Source: a virus
Lineage: Duplodnaviria > Caudoviricetes
Strand: one strand, 5' to 3'
Length of the DNA: 64,000 nt
IMG/VR virus record: IMGVR_UViG_3300031760_000002
Location: 32,001 to 96,000 of that record
A program made the position numbers and the translations under genes. This document shows positions 15,434 to 24,378 of this stretch, piece by piece. Below the pieces are notes generated by a model that saw only the letters and a list, made by a program, of their open reading frames with translations, was not told the DNA's origin and did no database searches. The first letter of the stretch is position 1; every line of letters begins with the position of its first letter.

Positions 15434-16441
15434 TCAGCCCCGAGGCCTCTCCAGCCACCCTCCGCTAGACCTTCTGTTCGGATGCACCTTGTGCACGACG
15501 TCCGTTCCGTCGATCCTGTACCCGTGGTATCCAACCTTGGAGCCGACACGGGCCTTCAGGATCTTTCCAAGCTTCGTGTTGTTCGAGATCCTCACACGCC
15601 GACCGTCGTCCAGGCGGATCACGATCTCGTCGTGGTTCTCGGTCTTGTCCGGCGTGTACGACTCAACCTCTCCCTCGCCGGACTCCCAGGTCTCGCGGCG
15701 CCTTCCTCCGAGAAGACGCCTGGCGTTCTCCTCGTTCGTCACACCGAACAGCTCCCTGGACTTCTCGTCAGAAAGCCTCTTCTGCTCATCCGACATCAGC
15801 CTCCAGTTTCTGACTATCCTTTTCAGCTCTTCCTTGGTCGGTTCCCTGTGCACCAATTCAATTCCGGTGTCGGAACGCCACCTGTGAACGGGATCCTTCG
15901 CCAGCCTGTCTGCGACCTCATCGCCGAGGTTCTTCCTAATCTGGTCGATCGTCCACGGAGGCTCGTACGCCTGGGCCTTCTTGTTCAGCTGGTCCGACAT
16001 GTATTCCGCGAACAGCTCCGAATCGAACTTCTTCTTAGGGGTATCCGGTGGATACGTGTCCAGGTACGGCGTTGTGAAGTTTTCCTCCCTTGCCTTCGCC
16101 AGTGAGCCCCGGATGAGCCTCTTCACCTTCGCCTTGCGGCTCTGATTGTGCCACACCTCGTGGGCGAGCTCGTGCGCGATGAGGCGCCGGCGGAACTCCG
16201 CCTGCGTCATTCCATCGATCCCGAACCGCTTCATGACGGGGCCCATATTCGGATTGATCCTGACCGTGCCGTCGTCAACCCAGCTTCCGCCCGTCTCATC
16301 GTCGTCGAAGTCATACGACCTACTGCCGTCGATGTACACGGGATGCTTCGACCACTTCATCCGCATGTGCGAGAGGTCCACGCCGTACCTGTCGCGGTAG
16401 ATCTGTACGATCTTGTCGAAGTCTGACGACTTTGCTGCCAT
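15434..16441 (-). CDS. modular protein with zincin-like HExxH domain, putative head-internal protein
   Basis: VRINP...LIAHELAHE...ELFAE; LNKKA linker before a second domain. Confidence 0.7.
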   Translation of the reverse strand: MAAKSSDFDKIVQIYRDRYGVDLSHMRMKWSKHPVYIDGSRSYDFDDDETGGSWVDDGTVRINPNMGPVMKRFGIDGMTQAEFRRRLIAHELAHEVWHNQSRKAKVKRLIRGSLAKAREENFTTPYLDTYPPDTPKKKFDSELFAEYMSDQLNKKAQAYEPPWTIDQIRKNLGDEVADRLAKDPVHRWRSDTGIELVHREPTKEELKRIVRNWRLMSDEQKRLSDEKSRELFGVTNEENARRLLGGRRRETWESGEGEVESYTPDKTENHDEIVIRLDDGRRVRISNNTKLGKILKARVGSKVGYHGYRIDGTDVVHKVHPNRRSSGGWLERPRG

Positions 16442-17377
16442 TTATAACCCCGCCATTCCGCTTTCGCCAATCGAAAGATATCTTTTTATTTCTGGTTCTA
16501 TTAGATCTTTATACTCCGGATGCCTGTGCATAATTTTAGCCAAACGCTGTACAGGAGAAAGATCGTACACAAAATAATCAGGGTTATTTGTCATTAAAGC
16601 AGTTAAGTTCAAAGCGCCTTGATTGTCCATGCCAAGGCCAGCGGCAGCCGTCTGCTTAAATATACTATCAGGAACCGGAACTCTCCCGCCGTTCTCTATA
16701 GATGCCAGTCTTATAGGATAACTTTCAGGTTGTAAGAATACACGACTGTGCTTATCCGCGTATCTAGCTGGAATGACTGCTTCAAATGACGAATCCCTCA
16801 ACCCACCGCTCGGGCTCATGGACAGTCTAGGCGTATCTCCAACCCAGTCAACACTACTCAGCTCTGATATTTTATCGGAATTCCTTAGTACTAGTTTTGT
16901 CCTTGCTGCCTTTGCTTTGCTTGGTGTTGAACTTGCATGTCTAACGGCGTCCATGGCTGAAAAATCCCTACTAAGCGATTCAGCCCCTGACATTAATGGC
17001 TTATACCCGGATACGTCAGTCATAGTAAGGAATTTTCCATACGAATGAGCCTCATCAGGAAACGGAGTATAGTGTTCATACCTAACACCGTTGTGTATAT
17101 TGCGCTTAAACGTTCCGGCGGCTGGAGTCTGGTGCGCATGCGCGGGAAGAGCATTGCTACCCCTGAACATGGTGAACTTCGGCCTGCTCTTAAACAAATC
17201 TGAGAATTTCACCTTTCTCAGACCGTTTTCTTTAAGGTTTTTTATTAGTTCTATAACAGTTTCTCTGGATGTTGGTAACTTAAGTTTAGCATATTTTAGC
17301 ATTCCATCCGCCACACGCAACGGAACGCCGTGCTCGGCGCATTTCGTCAGAAAACCCTGTCTGTATGCGTCCGTCAT
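16442..17377 (-). CDS. low-GC gene with K-x-A leader and possible ADP-ribosyltransferase-like domain
   Basis: Starts MTDAYRQGFLTKCAEHGV...MLKYA (ATGA overlap); MFRG, YTPFPDEAHSYG and FEAVIP resemble ART-fold motifs; visibly AT-rich. Confidence 0.55.
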   Translation of the reverse strand: MTDAYRQGFLTKCAEHGVPLRVADGMLKYAKLKLPTSRETVIELIKNLKENGLRKVKFSDLFKSRPKFTMFRGSNALPAHAHQTPAAGTFKRNIHNGVRYEHYTPFPDEAHSYGKFLTMTDVSGYKPLMSGAESLSRDFSAMDAVRHASSTPSKAKAARTKLVLRNSDKISELSSVDWVGDTPRLSMSPSGGLRDSSFEAVIPARYADKHSRVFLQPESYPIRLASIENGGRVPVPDSIFKQTAAAGLGMDNQGALNLTALMTNNPDYFVYDLSPVQRLAKIMHRHPEYKDLIEPEIKRYLSIGESGMAGL

Positions 17378-17784
17378 CCCTTGTTCCAGCCTTCCCACCC
17401 GTACTTGTCGGTCCATTCGGTCAGCTTGTACGACAGCTTCTTCAGGAAATACCTCCTCGGCCTCCACCACGGATATTTCTTCCTGGCCAGCTTCCTGACG
17501 TTCTTTCCCAGTACAGCGTTCGCCTCGTGGAACTTCTCCTCGTTTCCGCCCTGGAAGAAGTCCATGTCATGTATCTCGACCGCCTCCAGGACATCCTCAA
17601 GAAGCCAGGACAGTATGTCCCTCAGGGCCTCTGGCCACCGGTCCGGACCTATCCCGTTATACTGCTCTATCAGGACCTCGTCCGGATATTTGTACAGAAC
17701 GTACGTGTGGTCCAACCCGTAATTGGACGCCGACTCCCTCAGTTCGAGGGCCGTCGGAAGCGATTTTGCCTCTACCTCAGCCAT
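17374..17784 (-). CDS. phage protein with NGIGP...IHD motif (PLA2/DUF1353-like)
   Basis: YNGIGP, AVEIHDMDF, FHEAN. Confidence 0.6.
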   Translation of the reverse strand: MAEVEAKSLPTALELRESASNYGLDHTYVLYKYPDEVLIEQYNGIGPDRWPEALRDILSWLLEDVLEAVEIHDMDFFQGGNEEKFHEANAVLGKNVRKLARKKYPWWRPRRYFLKKLSYKLTEWTDKYGWEGWNKG

Positions 17785-18097
17785 TTTTCGTGAACCTAGC
17801 CTTTATCTTGGAGAAAAATCTGCGAATCGCGCACCAGATGCATCCGCGTACGGTCAATTCCTGGACGGACACTACTATCTTCTCCGGAAATTCGGTTATC
17901 CTGACGAACCCGGCGTTCCTTACGGCCCGTCTGACCCGTTTCCTGAGCGCATCGGGCCCTATCCTGTCTCCGGTCTCTTCGCCGTATACGTGGGCGCACT
18001 CGTCCCACGACATCCGGCAGCACTCGTGCATACCGTTGAACTTCAGGAGGAAATCGCGCTTCCTCTCGCGTTCCGTTATGAAAAAGTCGGATACCAT
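17777..18097 (-). CDS. hypothetical protein
   Basis: Fills the operon between coupled neighbours. Confidence 0.6.
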   Translation of the reverse strand: MVSDFFITERERKRDFLLKFNGMHECCRMSWDECAHVYGEETGDRIGPDALRKRVRRAVRNAGFVRITEFPEKIVVSVQELTVRGCIWCAIRRFFSKIKARFTKNG

Positions 18098-18101
18098 CGC
18101 G

Positions 18102-18884
18102 CTAGTTCGGTACGGCCTTGTCTATGAGATCCTTCAAGACGTCCTTGATGGTCTGTATGTCCTGCTCCACGATGTCGAGCCTCGTCTCCGCGGAGTTGAA
18201 TTTGACGACCACGTACTCCTGCAGCGTCTTTATGGCCTGTTCGTCGGTCACAAGCCTGGTGGTGAGGTCCAGCAGCGACACGGACGTCCTTGCGAGCGTC
18301 GTCTTCACGTCGTCCAGGAGGAGATTGTTCCTGTCCAGGTCGGACGATACCTGCGACAGCGTCGTCTCCATGCCGTCTATGTCGGACTTTATTCCAACTA
18401 TGTCGCTTCGTATGGACGACATGCCGTCGTTCAACGACCCTATGGCCTCGGTTGCGGACTCCAGTCCGGTTCCAAGGCTCGATATGTCGGACCTGGCCTC
18501 GGACAGGGATGCGTTCGTATCCGACAGCGACTCGGCTAGCGCGGCTATCGAAGACGTCTCCGACTCGTGGTTGGAGTCTATCTGGTTCTGCAGGATGTCG
18601 TCCCTTTCCGACGACTGCCTCCGGTCCTCGTCGACCGTGTCGGACAGTGACGACAGCCCGTTCTTCAGTTCCAGGTCCGCCTCCCTGCGCTCCTGGATTT
18701 CTTCGTCGAGCCTCTCGCTTACGCCCTTCGCATCCCTGAGATCGTCGTCAAGGCAGGAAAAGTCTATCTTCCCGTTACCGTCGAGCATGACCAGCTTTTT
18801 CGCGTCCGCCGGACCGCTGCTTACGGCCGTTGATCCGCGAACCCCCTGGAACATGCCCCCTATCGGCTTGAAATGTCCGTCCAT
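18102..18884 (-). CDS. coiled-coil fibre-like protein
   Basis: GAGG RBS before MDGHFK; KLVMLDGNGKID motif then long heptad repeats. Confidence 0.7.
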   Translation of the reverse strand: MDGHFKPIGGMFQGVRGSTAVSSGPADAKKLVMLDGNGKIDFSCLDDDLRDAKGVSERLDEEIQERREADLELKNGLSSLSDTVDEDRRQSSERDDILQNQIDSNHESETSSIAALAESLSDTNASLSEARSDISSLGTGLESATEAIGSLNDGMSSIRSDIVGIKSDIDGMETTLSQVSSDLDRNNLLLDDVKTTLARTSVSLLDLTTRLVTDEQAIKTLQEYVVVKFNSAETRLDIVEQDIQTIKDVLKDLIDKAVPN

Positions 18885-18886
18885 GG

Positions 18887-19342
18887 CTACCTCACCATCC
18901 TTGAAGGCACCAGGACATCTCCGATCCCTATGCCGTGCTTGTCGCAAAACCCGTACGGAAGCTCGATGGCCGAAACTGAAGCCGATTTGGTCCTCGGATA
19001 CAGGTTCTTTCCATCCTTGTCGAGAGCCATCGCCGTCTTTTCAGTTATGCGTCCGTCGGAATCGACGTAGCACAGGTCGAGAGGAAACTCCACGTCCTTC
19101 ATCCAAAACGGGCCGTGGCAGTCGAAAAACATCCCGTCCATCTTTCCGATCGACGCCCTCTTCGAAAACCCGATCCTGCGAAGCTCCGGCGTATTCGCTA
19201 TCTCCACGAAGGCGGCGCACTTGGCCTTGCCGGTCTTGCCGTCGTGGATTCGCATAACCACCTTCTTCGGAAGATCACCCTCCGATTCGACCTTCGTACC
19301 GACCGCGTGCACGCGTTTTACCATCCGAGACCGCTTGTCCAT
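18887..19342 (-). CDS. DUF192-domain protein
   Basis: VEIANTPELRRIG, GMFF, FWMKDVEFPLD, AIELPYG..IGIGD. Confidence 0.85.
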   Translation of the reverse strand: MDKRSRMVKRVHAVGTKVESEGDLPKKVVMRIHDGKTGKAKCAAFVEIANTPELRRIGFSKRASIGKMDGMFFDCHGPFWMKDVEFPLDLCYVDSDGRITEKTAMALDKDGKNLYPRTKSASVSAIELPYGFCDKHGIGIGDVLVPSRMVR

Positions 19343-19536
19343 CAGGATTTAGCCTCCCTAAGCTCCCTGACGCGGCCGGCAAGGTACTTCCATACGGCCG
19401 CCTTCTTTTCCAAGGCGATCCTGCTGCGCAGTTTTTCGCCTTCTTCCCTGGCCGTCTTCACCAGCTTTCTCTTGAATACGGCCAGCTGTGCCTTTTTTAC
19501 GAGCTCCAACCCGCTATTTTTTCTTGAAACCGTCAT
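19342..19536 (-). CDS. small basic protein with K-x-A motifs
   Basis: LVKKA, LVKTA, LEKKA; overlaps neighbours. Confidence 0.55.
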   Translation of the reverse strand: MTVSRKNSGLELVKKAQLAVFKRKLVKTAREEGEKLRSRIALEKKAAVWKYLAGRVRELREAKS

Positions 19537-20215
19537 CGCTTCTGTCCCTCAATGCCACGACGAGCCCTTTTTTAAGGATGTCCTCGTCCACGTTCTTCAG
19601 ATCCTTGAGCGAATCAAACTGCTTTGCTATGTCGTCGACGTTTTCCATCAGGTACCCTTTCAAGGCGGCCCCGTTCTCCTTCGATACAAGGCCCTCCGCC
19701 ACGTCCTTGATGGTGACGTCGTCCTCGAACACAAGGTCGAACACGGCCGGGAATCCGTTCTTGCCATAACCGTCGTTCTCGAGTATCGTCCTGCAATACG
19801 CCTTTATGGTCGGGCTGAATGGAAGCATGTCCCTGTTCATACCGACCTCGGCTACGCCCCATGCGGCTTCCTCGACCGTAACCGGATCGAACGAGCCGAA
19901 GAACGGGTCTCCGCTGGAAAACGCGTTGCATACGGCCATGAACGAATCGATCCTGTTGAAGAACGAATCCCCCGTCATGACGACCTGTATCGCGCTCCAG
20001 CGGTCCATAACCTGGGGAACCGGGTCGACCGAAAAGTCGGCCTTGATCTCCAGCGCCACCGTCAGCGGATCCCAGAAGTACGCATCGTCGCCATATTTGT
20101 CACGAACTATGGCGTGCACTACCGTCGCCATCGTGTTGGCGGACGTGAGAAGGTCCTGCCGGACCGCGAACGGGTCAGACAGGTCGTTGCCGAATTGCTG
20201 GAGGAACGGATCCAT
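19514..20215 (-). CDS. hypothetical protein
   Basis: 233-aa acidic ORF in operon. Confidence 0.75.
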   Translation of the reverse strand: MDPFLQQFGNDLSDPFAVRQDLLTSANTMATVVHAIVRDKYGDDAYFWDPLTVALEIKADFSVDPVPQVMDRWSAIQVVMTGDSFFNRIDSFMAVCNAFSSGDPFFGSFDPVTVEEAAWGVAEVGMNRDMLPFSPTIKAYCRTILENDGYGKNGFPAVFDLVFEDDVTIKDVAEGLVSKENGAALKGYLMENVDDIAKQFDSLKDLKNVDEDILKKGLVVALRDRSDDGFKKK

Positions 20216-20247
20216 GGCGATTCCGCTGTCAATAGGGATCGTGAAAA

Positions 20248-21525
20248 CTAGTCCGCGTACAGTTCAATGGCCTTGCGAAGGGCGTTCAGGTCGCGCTCCG
20301 GAAGCGCCTTCAGGGCCTTCCCGAGCTTCTTCACGTCGATCACGTCGGCTTCCTCCGAATCGCCGTGCTCTGGGCATTCGGCGTCGTCGCACTTCGGGTC
20401 CTTGCACTCCTCCTCGCACTCGGCCGGGTCGCACTTCTCCTTCTCCAGCATGTCGCCCACGCCGAACCCGCCATCGACAAGCTCCGGCATTCCTCCGGAG
20501 ATCGTGATTTTCATCACGCCGCCAGGCACCTTCTTCGTGATCCTGGCAACCTTGCCGGACGCAATAGGCGTTCCGCGGATCATGTCACCGAAGTCGTCTC
20601 CAAGGGCGTCGGTGAACAGGTCGAGCGGAAGACCGGCCAGCTTCGTGATGCTGAACACATGGTCGCCCATGCGGATGGAATCGTCAAGCATGGCCTGCGC
20701 CTCCTTGATGCTGCGGCCGTGGAACACCTCCGCCGGCGAGTGGAAGCGCGTGCCGTAGGCGTCGTCGAACCCGTTTAGCCGGTCGAACCCGTCCAGTATG
20801 CCGGCCACCTTGTCCATGTCTCCGACATACCCCTTCATAGGCCGGGACAGCAGGGCCTGCATCACGTCGGCCAGGGCGGACGCCATCTTCAGGTTGCCCC
20901 TGTTTCCGGCGGCCCGGACCCTGTCGGCCAGCTGCGCCGCCACGAACTCCCTCATCTGGAACCCTTCCCCGGATTCGGCCCTGACCCTGTCCGAAGGCTG
21001 TATCCCGTACTCCGCGCACTTGGTGAAGATCCTTTTCGCGATCTCCTTCCTCATCGAAGGCGGGTACTTGAACGCGTTGTCGTCGAAATACGAGCACGCC
21101 AGCTTCACGCCGCGCGCATCGAACATCGGGTATTTCTTCTCTGCAGGCCACCCGTAGTTGGATTCGTCGTCAGCCGCGGATTTCACGGCGGGCTTGGCGC
21201 GGAGCCTGGACATCACGTCGTCGACCTCCTTCCGGATGCCGTGCTTGTCCGCCGCAAGCTTTATGACGGATTCGACGTAGTCCTTCATGGTCTTGGTTGA
21301 ATAGTTGTCGTTCTCCGCCGTCTTCGCGAAGTACGCCGCCGACAACCACGTATTGGCCTTGGTGTCTATCGGGTATCTCCTGTTCGTACGGTCTGCGAAC
21401 AGCGAATCGGGCAGCTTCTCTGCCGCCTCCTTCGACAATATCTTGGCGTTGTTCACATAGTCCGGCACGCCGTCCTTGCAGACGTGGTACAGGGTTGCTC
21501 TGAGGTTGTCTTCGGTAATGTCCAT
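20248..21525 (-). CDS. putative head-associated protein with duplicated (R/K)(R/K)YP domain and K-x-A motifs
   Basis: Two copies: FADRTNRRYPI..SAAYF..ADKHGI and YGWPAEKKYPM..ACSYF..CAEYGI; KEA, KTA, KSA, KCA motifs. Confidence 0.75.
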   Translation of the reverse strand: MDITEDNLRATLYHVCKDGVPDYVNNAKILSKEAAEKLPDSLFADRTNRRYPIDTKANTWLSAAYFAKTAENDNYSTKTMKDYVESVIKLAADKHGIRKEVDDVMSRLRAKPAVKSAADDESNYGWPAEKKYPMFDARGVKLACSYFDDNAFKYPPSMRKEIAKRIFTKCAEYGIQPSDRVRAESGEGFQMREFVAAQLADRVRAAGNRGNLKMASALADVMQALLSRPMKGYVGDMDKVAGILDGFDRLNGFDDAYGTRFHSPAEVFHGRSIKEAQAMLDDSIRMGDHVFSITKLAGLPLDLFTDALGDDFGDMIRGTPIASGKVARITKKVPGGVMKITISGGMPELVDGGFGVGDMLEKEKCDPAECEEECKDPKCDDAECPEHGDSEEADVIDVKKLGKALKALPERDLNALRKAIELYAD

Positions 21526-21540
21526 CGTGGCCCTTTCGAT

Positions 21541-21569
21541 TTGACTGCAAAAAGGATTTCGGGTAGTAT
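21541..21569 (+). promoter_or_regulatory. sigma70-like promoter TTGACT-N17-TAGTAT
   Basis: Directly upstream of the plus-strand block. Confidence 0.6.
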
Positions 21570-21591
21570 GTGACTCGTTTTACAACAAGCC

Positions 21592-24378
21592 ATGAATGTA
21601 GATCCAGATACCTTTCTGCGGCATTTCGATTTCAGTATACGAAATCCTCTTCCGGGAGTCAACGCCCGAAAGAGGTACACCTGCCCCCTCCACCAGGATT
21701 CCGACTGCTCGCTTACCATATACGACGGGACCGACACCGTGTTCAAATGCGTCCACCCGGCCTGCGGGTTCATGGGCGACGCGGTGTCCCTCGTGGCCCT
21801 TTCAAGGAAGATCACGTTCAGGGCGGCGATAGACCTGTTCCGCCCTGGAGGCGAGTTTTCCGATTGCGTGCGCGGGCCCCTTCGGACGGAGGACATAGAC
21901 TCGTACATAGAGAACGCCGGGTCGCAGGCGGAGCTGAAAACGTACCTGGCGCGCTGCAGGAGGGCCCTCAAGCAGTCCCCGGAAAAGGCCAGGATACGGC
22001 CCGGCATGTCGGTTACGTCCGCAAAGCTGCTCCACCCCTGCGTAGGGCTGTTCCTGGAATCAGACGTCCCCAAGCCGCTTGCGGAATTCACGAAACCGAA
22101 ATACAGGGGCGCGTGCTTCATACTGTACCCGTACACGAAGGACGGAGACGTAACCAGGATAGACGTCGTCGATTCGAACAACCCGGTGTTCAGGAGAACC
22201 GTCGTCGTTACGCATCCGAGCCTCGGCGTGTTCGGGGAAGAACTGCTGGACCTGAGGGTCAGAACCATAATGGTCGCGGACCGTCCCGAGGCCGCGTGCG
22301 CCATGTACTCAACCTGGATGCAGACAAGGGCCACGAAGCCGGCCATAGTGTCATTCCATGGATATCCTCTTCCAGAATCGTTTTCTGACACGAAGAGCAT
22401 AGCGGTTGTTTCGACGGTCGACTCCGACGCATCGGACGAATACCTCGTACGAATGATGTCGGCCCCGGAGATCGTAAGGGGGAAGAACCCGTCGGTCAAG
22501 GTGGCCAAGATACAGAAGAAGGCCGTCGACGTGTCCGTAACGGAGCTGGAGCTGATGTCGGAGGGGAAGCTCCGCGCGGCAAAGCCGCTGCACGAGCATG
22601 TCTCGATACGACTGCTCGACATGGCCAGGCACGGGCAGGAGCAGGAGATCGTCGGGCTGCTGGCGAAGGAGCAGACGCCGATCATAGCGAGAAGCATACT
22701 GAAATCGTACCTGGAGAAGCTGGCGTCGGAGAGGCCCGGAGACGGGCTTCTGGTGGAGCGGCTGTGCGAGGCGATGTCGTCTGACCGGATGATGCTGTCC
22801 GGCGACATCGTCCTGGCGAACGGGAGGTCGATCCACATGGGGTCCACCGAGCTGTCCGGGCACGGCGCCAGGGGAATATGCGTCCTGTGCAACGTCGGGC
22901 TGTCCGTGGAATCGAAGATCGTATCGTACGACGGGAAGACCATCTACGTGTGCTCCGTGGCGTGCTCGGACGGGTCTCCGTCCGTGTCGGTCAGGATTCC
23001 GGACGACGCGGCCTGCAAGGTGTCGTCGTTGCAGTCGATAGTCGTCAAGGCGTTTTCCGAGCGCGGATACAACCCGTACATAGCGTTCTATTCCGTGCCG
23101 GGGTATTCGTGGCCCGACATACTGTCGAAGCTGTCGGAGCATTGCCAGGTCAAGAAAGAGGTCAACGAACTCGGCCTCGATTCCGCGTCCGACATACAGC
23201 TGCCGGAAGTCACGGTGCATGCCAACGGTGAGGCTTCCAGGCAGGAGAGGGTGTTCACGATGCCGGACGACGTACTGAGGGTCTACGCCGGGATACCGTA
23301 CGAAACCGACGCGACATGCGAGCCGTACGAACGCCTCGTGGCCAGGTGCGACAACATGTACGTCGCCGCGTTCGCGCTAGGCGTGTTCCACGTGGCGTAC
23401 CAGATGGTATACGGCATGTTTAGGCCGGATGTGGTCAAAAGCCACATGATGAGGCATTTCTTCTATGTTGAAACGGAGCCCGGGATCTGGGGAAGGGTGT
23501 TCAAGCAGGTAGCCGACCTTTTCTCCGGCAACGACTACACGCCGACCGTAAACTACTCGGACCCGATGAAGACGTTCAGGGACTACGGGAAGCTTGGGTG
23601 CCTCCCCCTCATAGCGTACGTCCCCACCATAGGAAACAAGCTCTCGGCGGCCCTGGATTCCACCAAGGTGGACCTCCTCGGGATAGCGGACACGTCTACG
23701 GCCGTCATGATGAACGGCAAGCTCTCCGCCGTGTACGTCACCCCGTCGTACGACGCGCCCATGGACCGGGGAATCATAGGCGGGCAGGACATAGACTCGC
23801 TCAGGAACTCGTTCGTCCCGTTCATTTCAAGGTTCATAAGGGAGGCCAGGATAGACACGGCGTTCAGGTCGTCGTCCGTCCCGTGCATATCCGTATACGA
23901 CAAATGCTGCAGGATGTTCGGGATCGAAAGGTCCCAACTCGTCGACAGCATAGCCAAAAACTACTTCCCCGGCGTGGGGATGACAGGGTTCACGGTCTTC
24001 TGCGACCTGGTACACAGGAGCATAACAGAAGACGCCAGCCCGAGGATCACGGTAGTGGACGGAGCCCCGCAGCGCGGATACAGCTTCACGAGGAGGGGGC
24101 AGCACGTGTTCGTAATGCGCGACTGCGTAGTTATAAGCCACATGGTGGTCGACATGCTGAACCAGTCCGCCAGGGGAAAATACAAGTTCGACGTCGAACA
24201 GCTCACCGACGAAATGGAAACGACGGGCATGCTTGCGGCGATGCCAGACCTCGGAATAGACGAATCCAGGTGCTGGTGCATATCCAGGGAGACATGGGAG
24301 ACCAGGATGGTAAGGCCTCCGATAAACCTTGCCGCTGAAGTGACGAACGGAACAATAGGACTAAAGCCACTGAAATGA
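21592..24378 (+). CDS. large primase-related protein with N-terminal CHC2-type Zn finger
   Basis: YTCPLHQD...FKCVHPACGFMGDAVSLV; no clear catalytic TOPRIM or Walker motifs seen. Confidence 0.65.
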   Translation: MNVDPDTFLRHFDFSIRNPLPGVNARKRYTCPLHQDSDCSLTIYDGTDTVFKCVHPACGFMGDAVSLVALSRKITFRAAIDLFRPGGEFSDCVRGPLRTEDIDSYIENAGSQAELKTYLARCRRALKQSPEKARIRPGMSVTSAKLLHPCVGLFLESDVPKPLAEFTKPKYRGACFILYPYTKDGDVTRIDVVDSNNPVFRRTVVVTHPSLGVFGEELLDLRVRTIMVADRPEAACAMYSTWMQTRATKPAIVSFHGYPLPESFSDTKSIAVVSTVDSDASDEYLVRMMSAPEIVRGKNPSVKVAKIQKKAVDVSVTELELMSEGKLRAAKPLHEHVSIRLLDMARHGQEQEIVGLLAKEQTPIIARSILKSYLEKLASERPGDGLLVERLCEAMSSDRMMLSGDIVLANGRSIHMGSTELSGHGARGICVLCNVGLSVESKIVSYDGKTIYVCSVACSDGSPSVSVRIPDDAACKVSSLQSIVVKAFSERGYNPYIAFYSVPGYSWPDILSKLSEHCQVKKEVNELGLDSASDIQLPEVTVHANGEASRQERVFTMPDDVLRVYAGIPYETDATCEPYERLVARCDNMYVAAFALGVFHVAYQMVYGMFRPDVVKSHMMRHFFYVETEPGIWGRVFKQVADLFSGNDYTPTVNYSDPMKTFRDYGKLGCLPLIAYVPTIGNKLSAALDSTKVDLLGIADTSTAVMMNGKLSAVYVTPSYDAPMDRGIIGGQDIDSLRNSFVPFISRFIREARIDTAFRSSSVPCISVYDKCCRMFGIERSQLVDSIAKNYFPGVGMTGFTVFCDLVHRSITEDASPRITVVDGAPQRGYSFTRRGQHVFVMRDCVVISHMVVDMLNQSARGKYKFDVEQLTDEMETTGMLAAMPDLGIDESRCWCISRETWETRMVRPPINLAAEVTNGTIGLKPLK

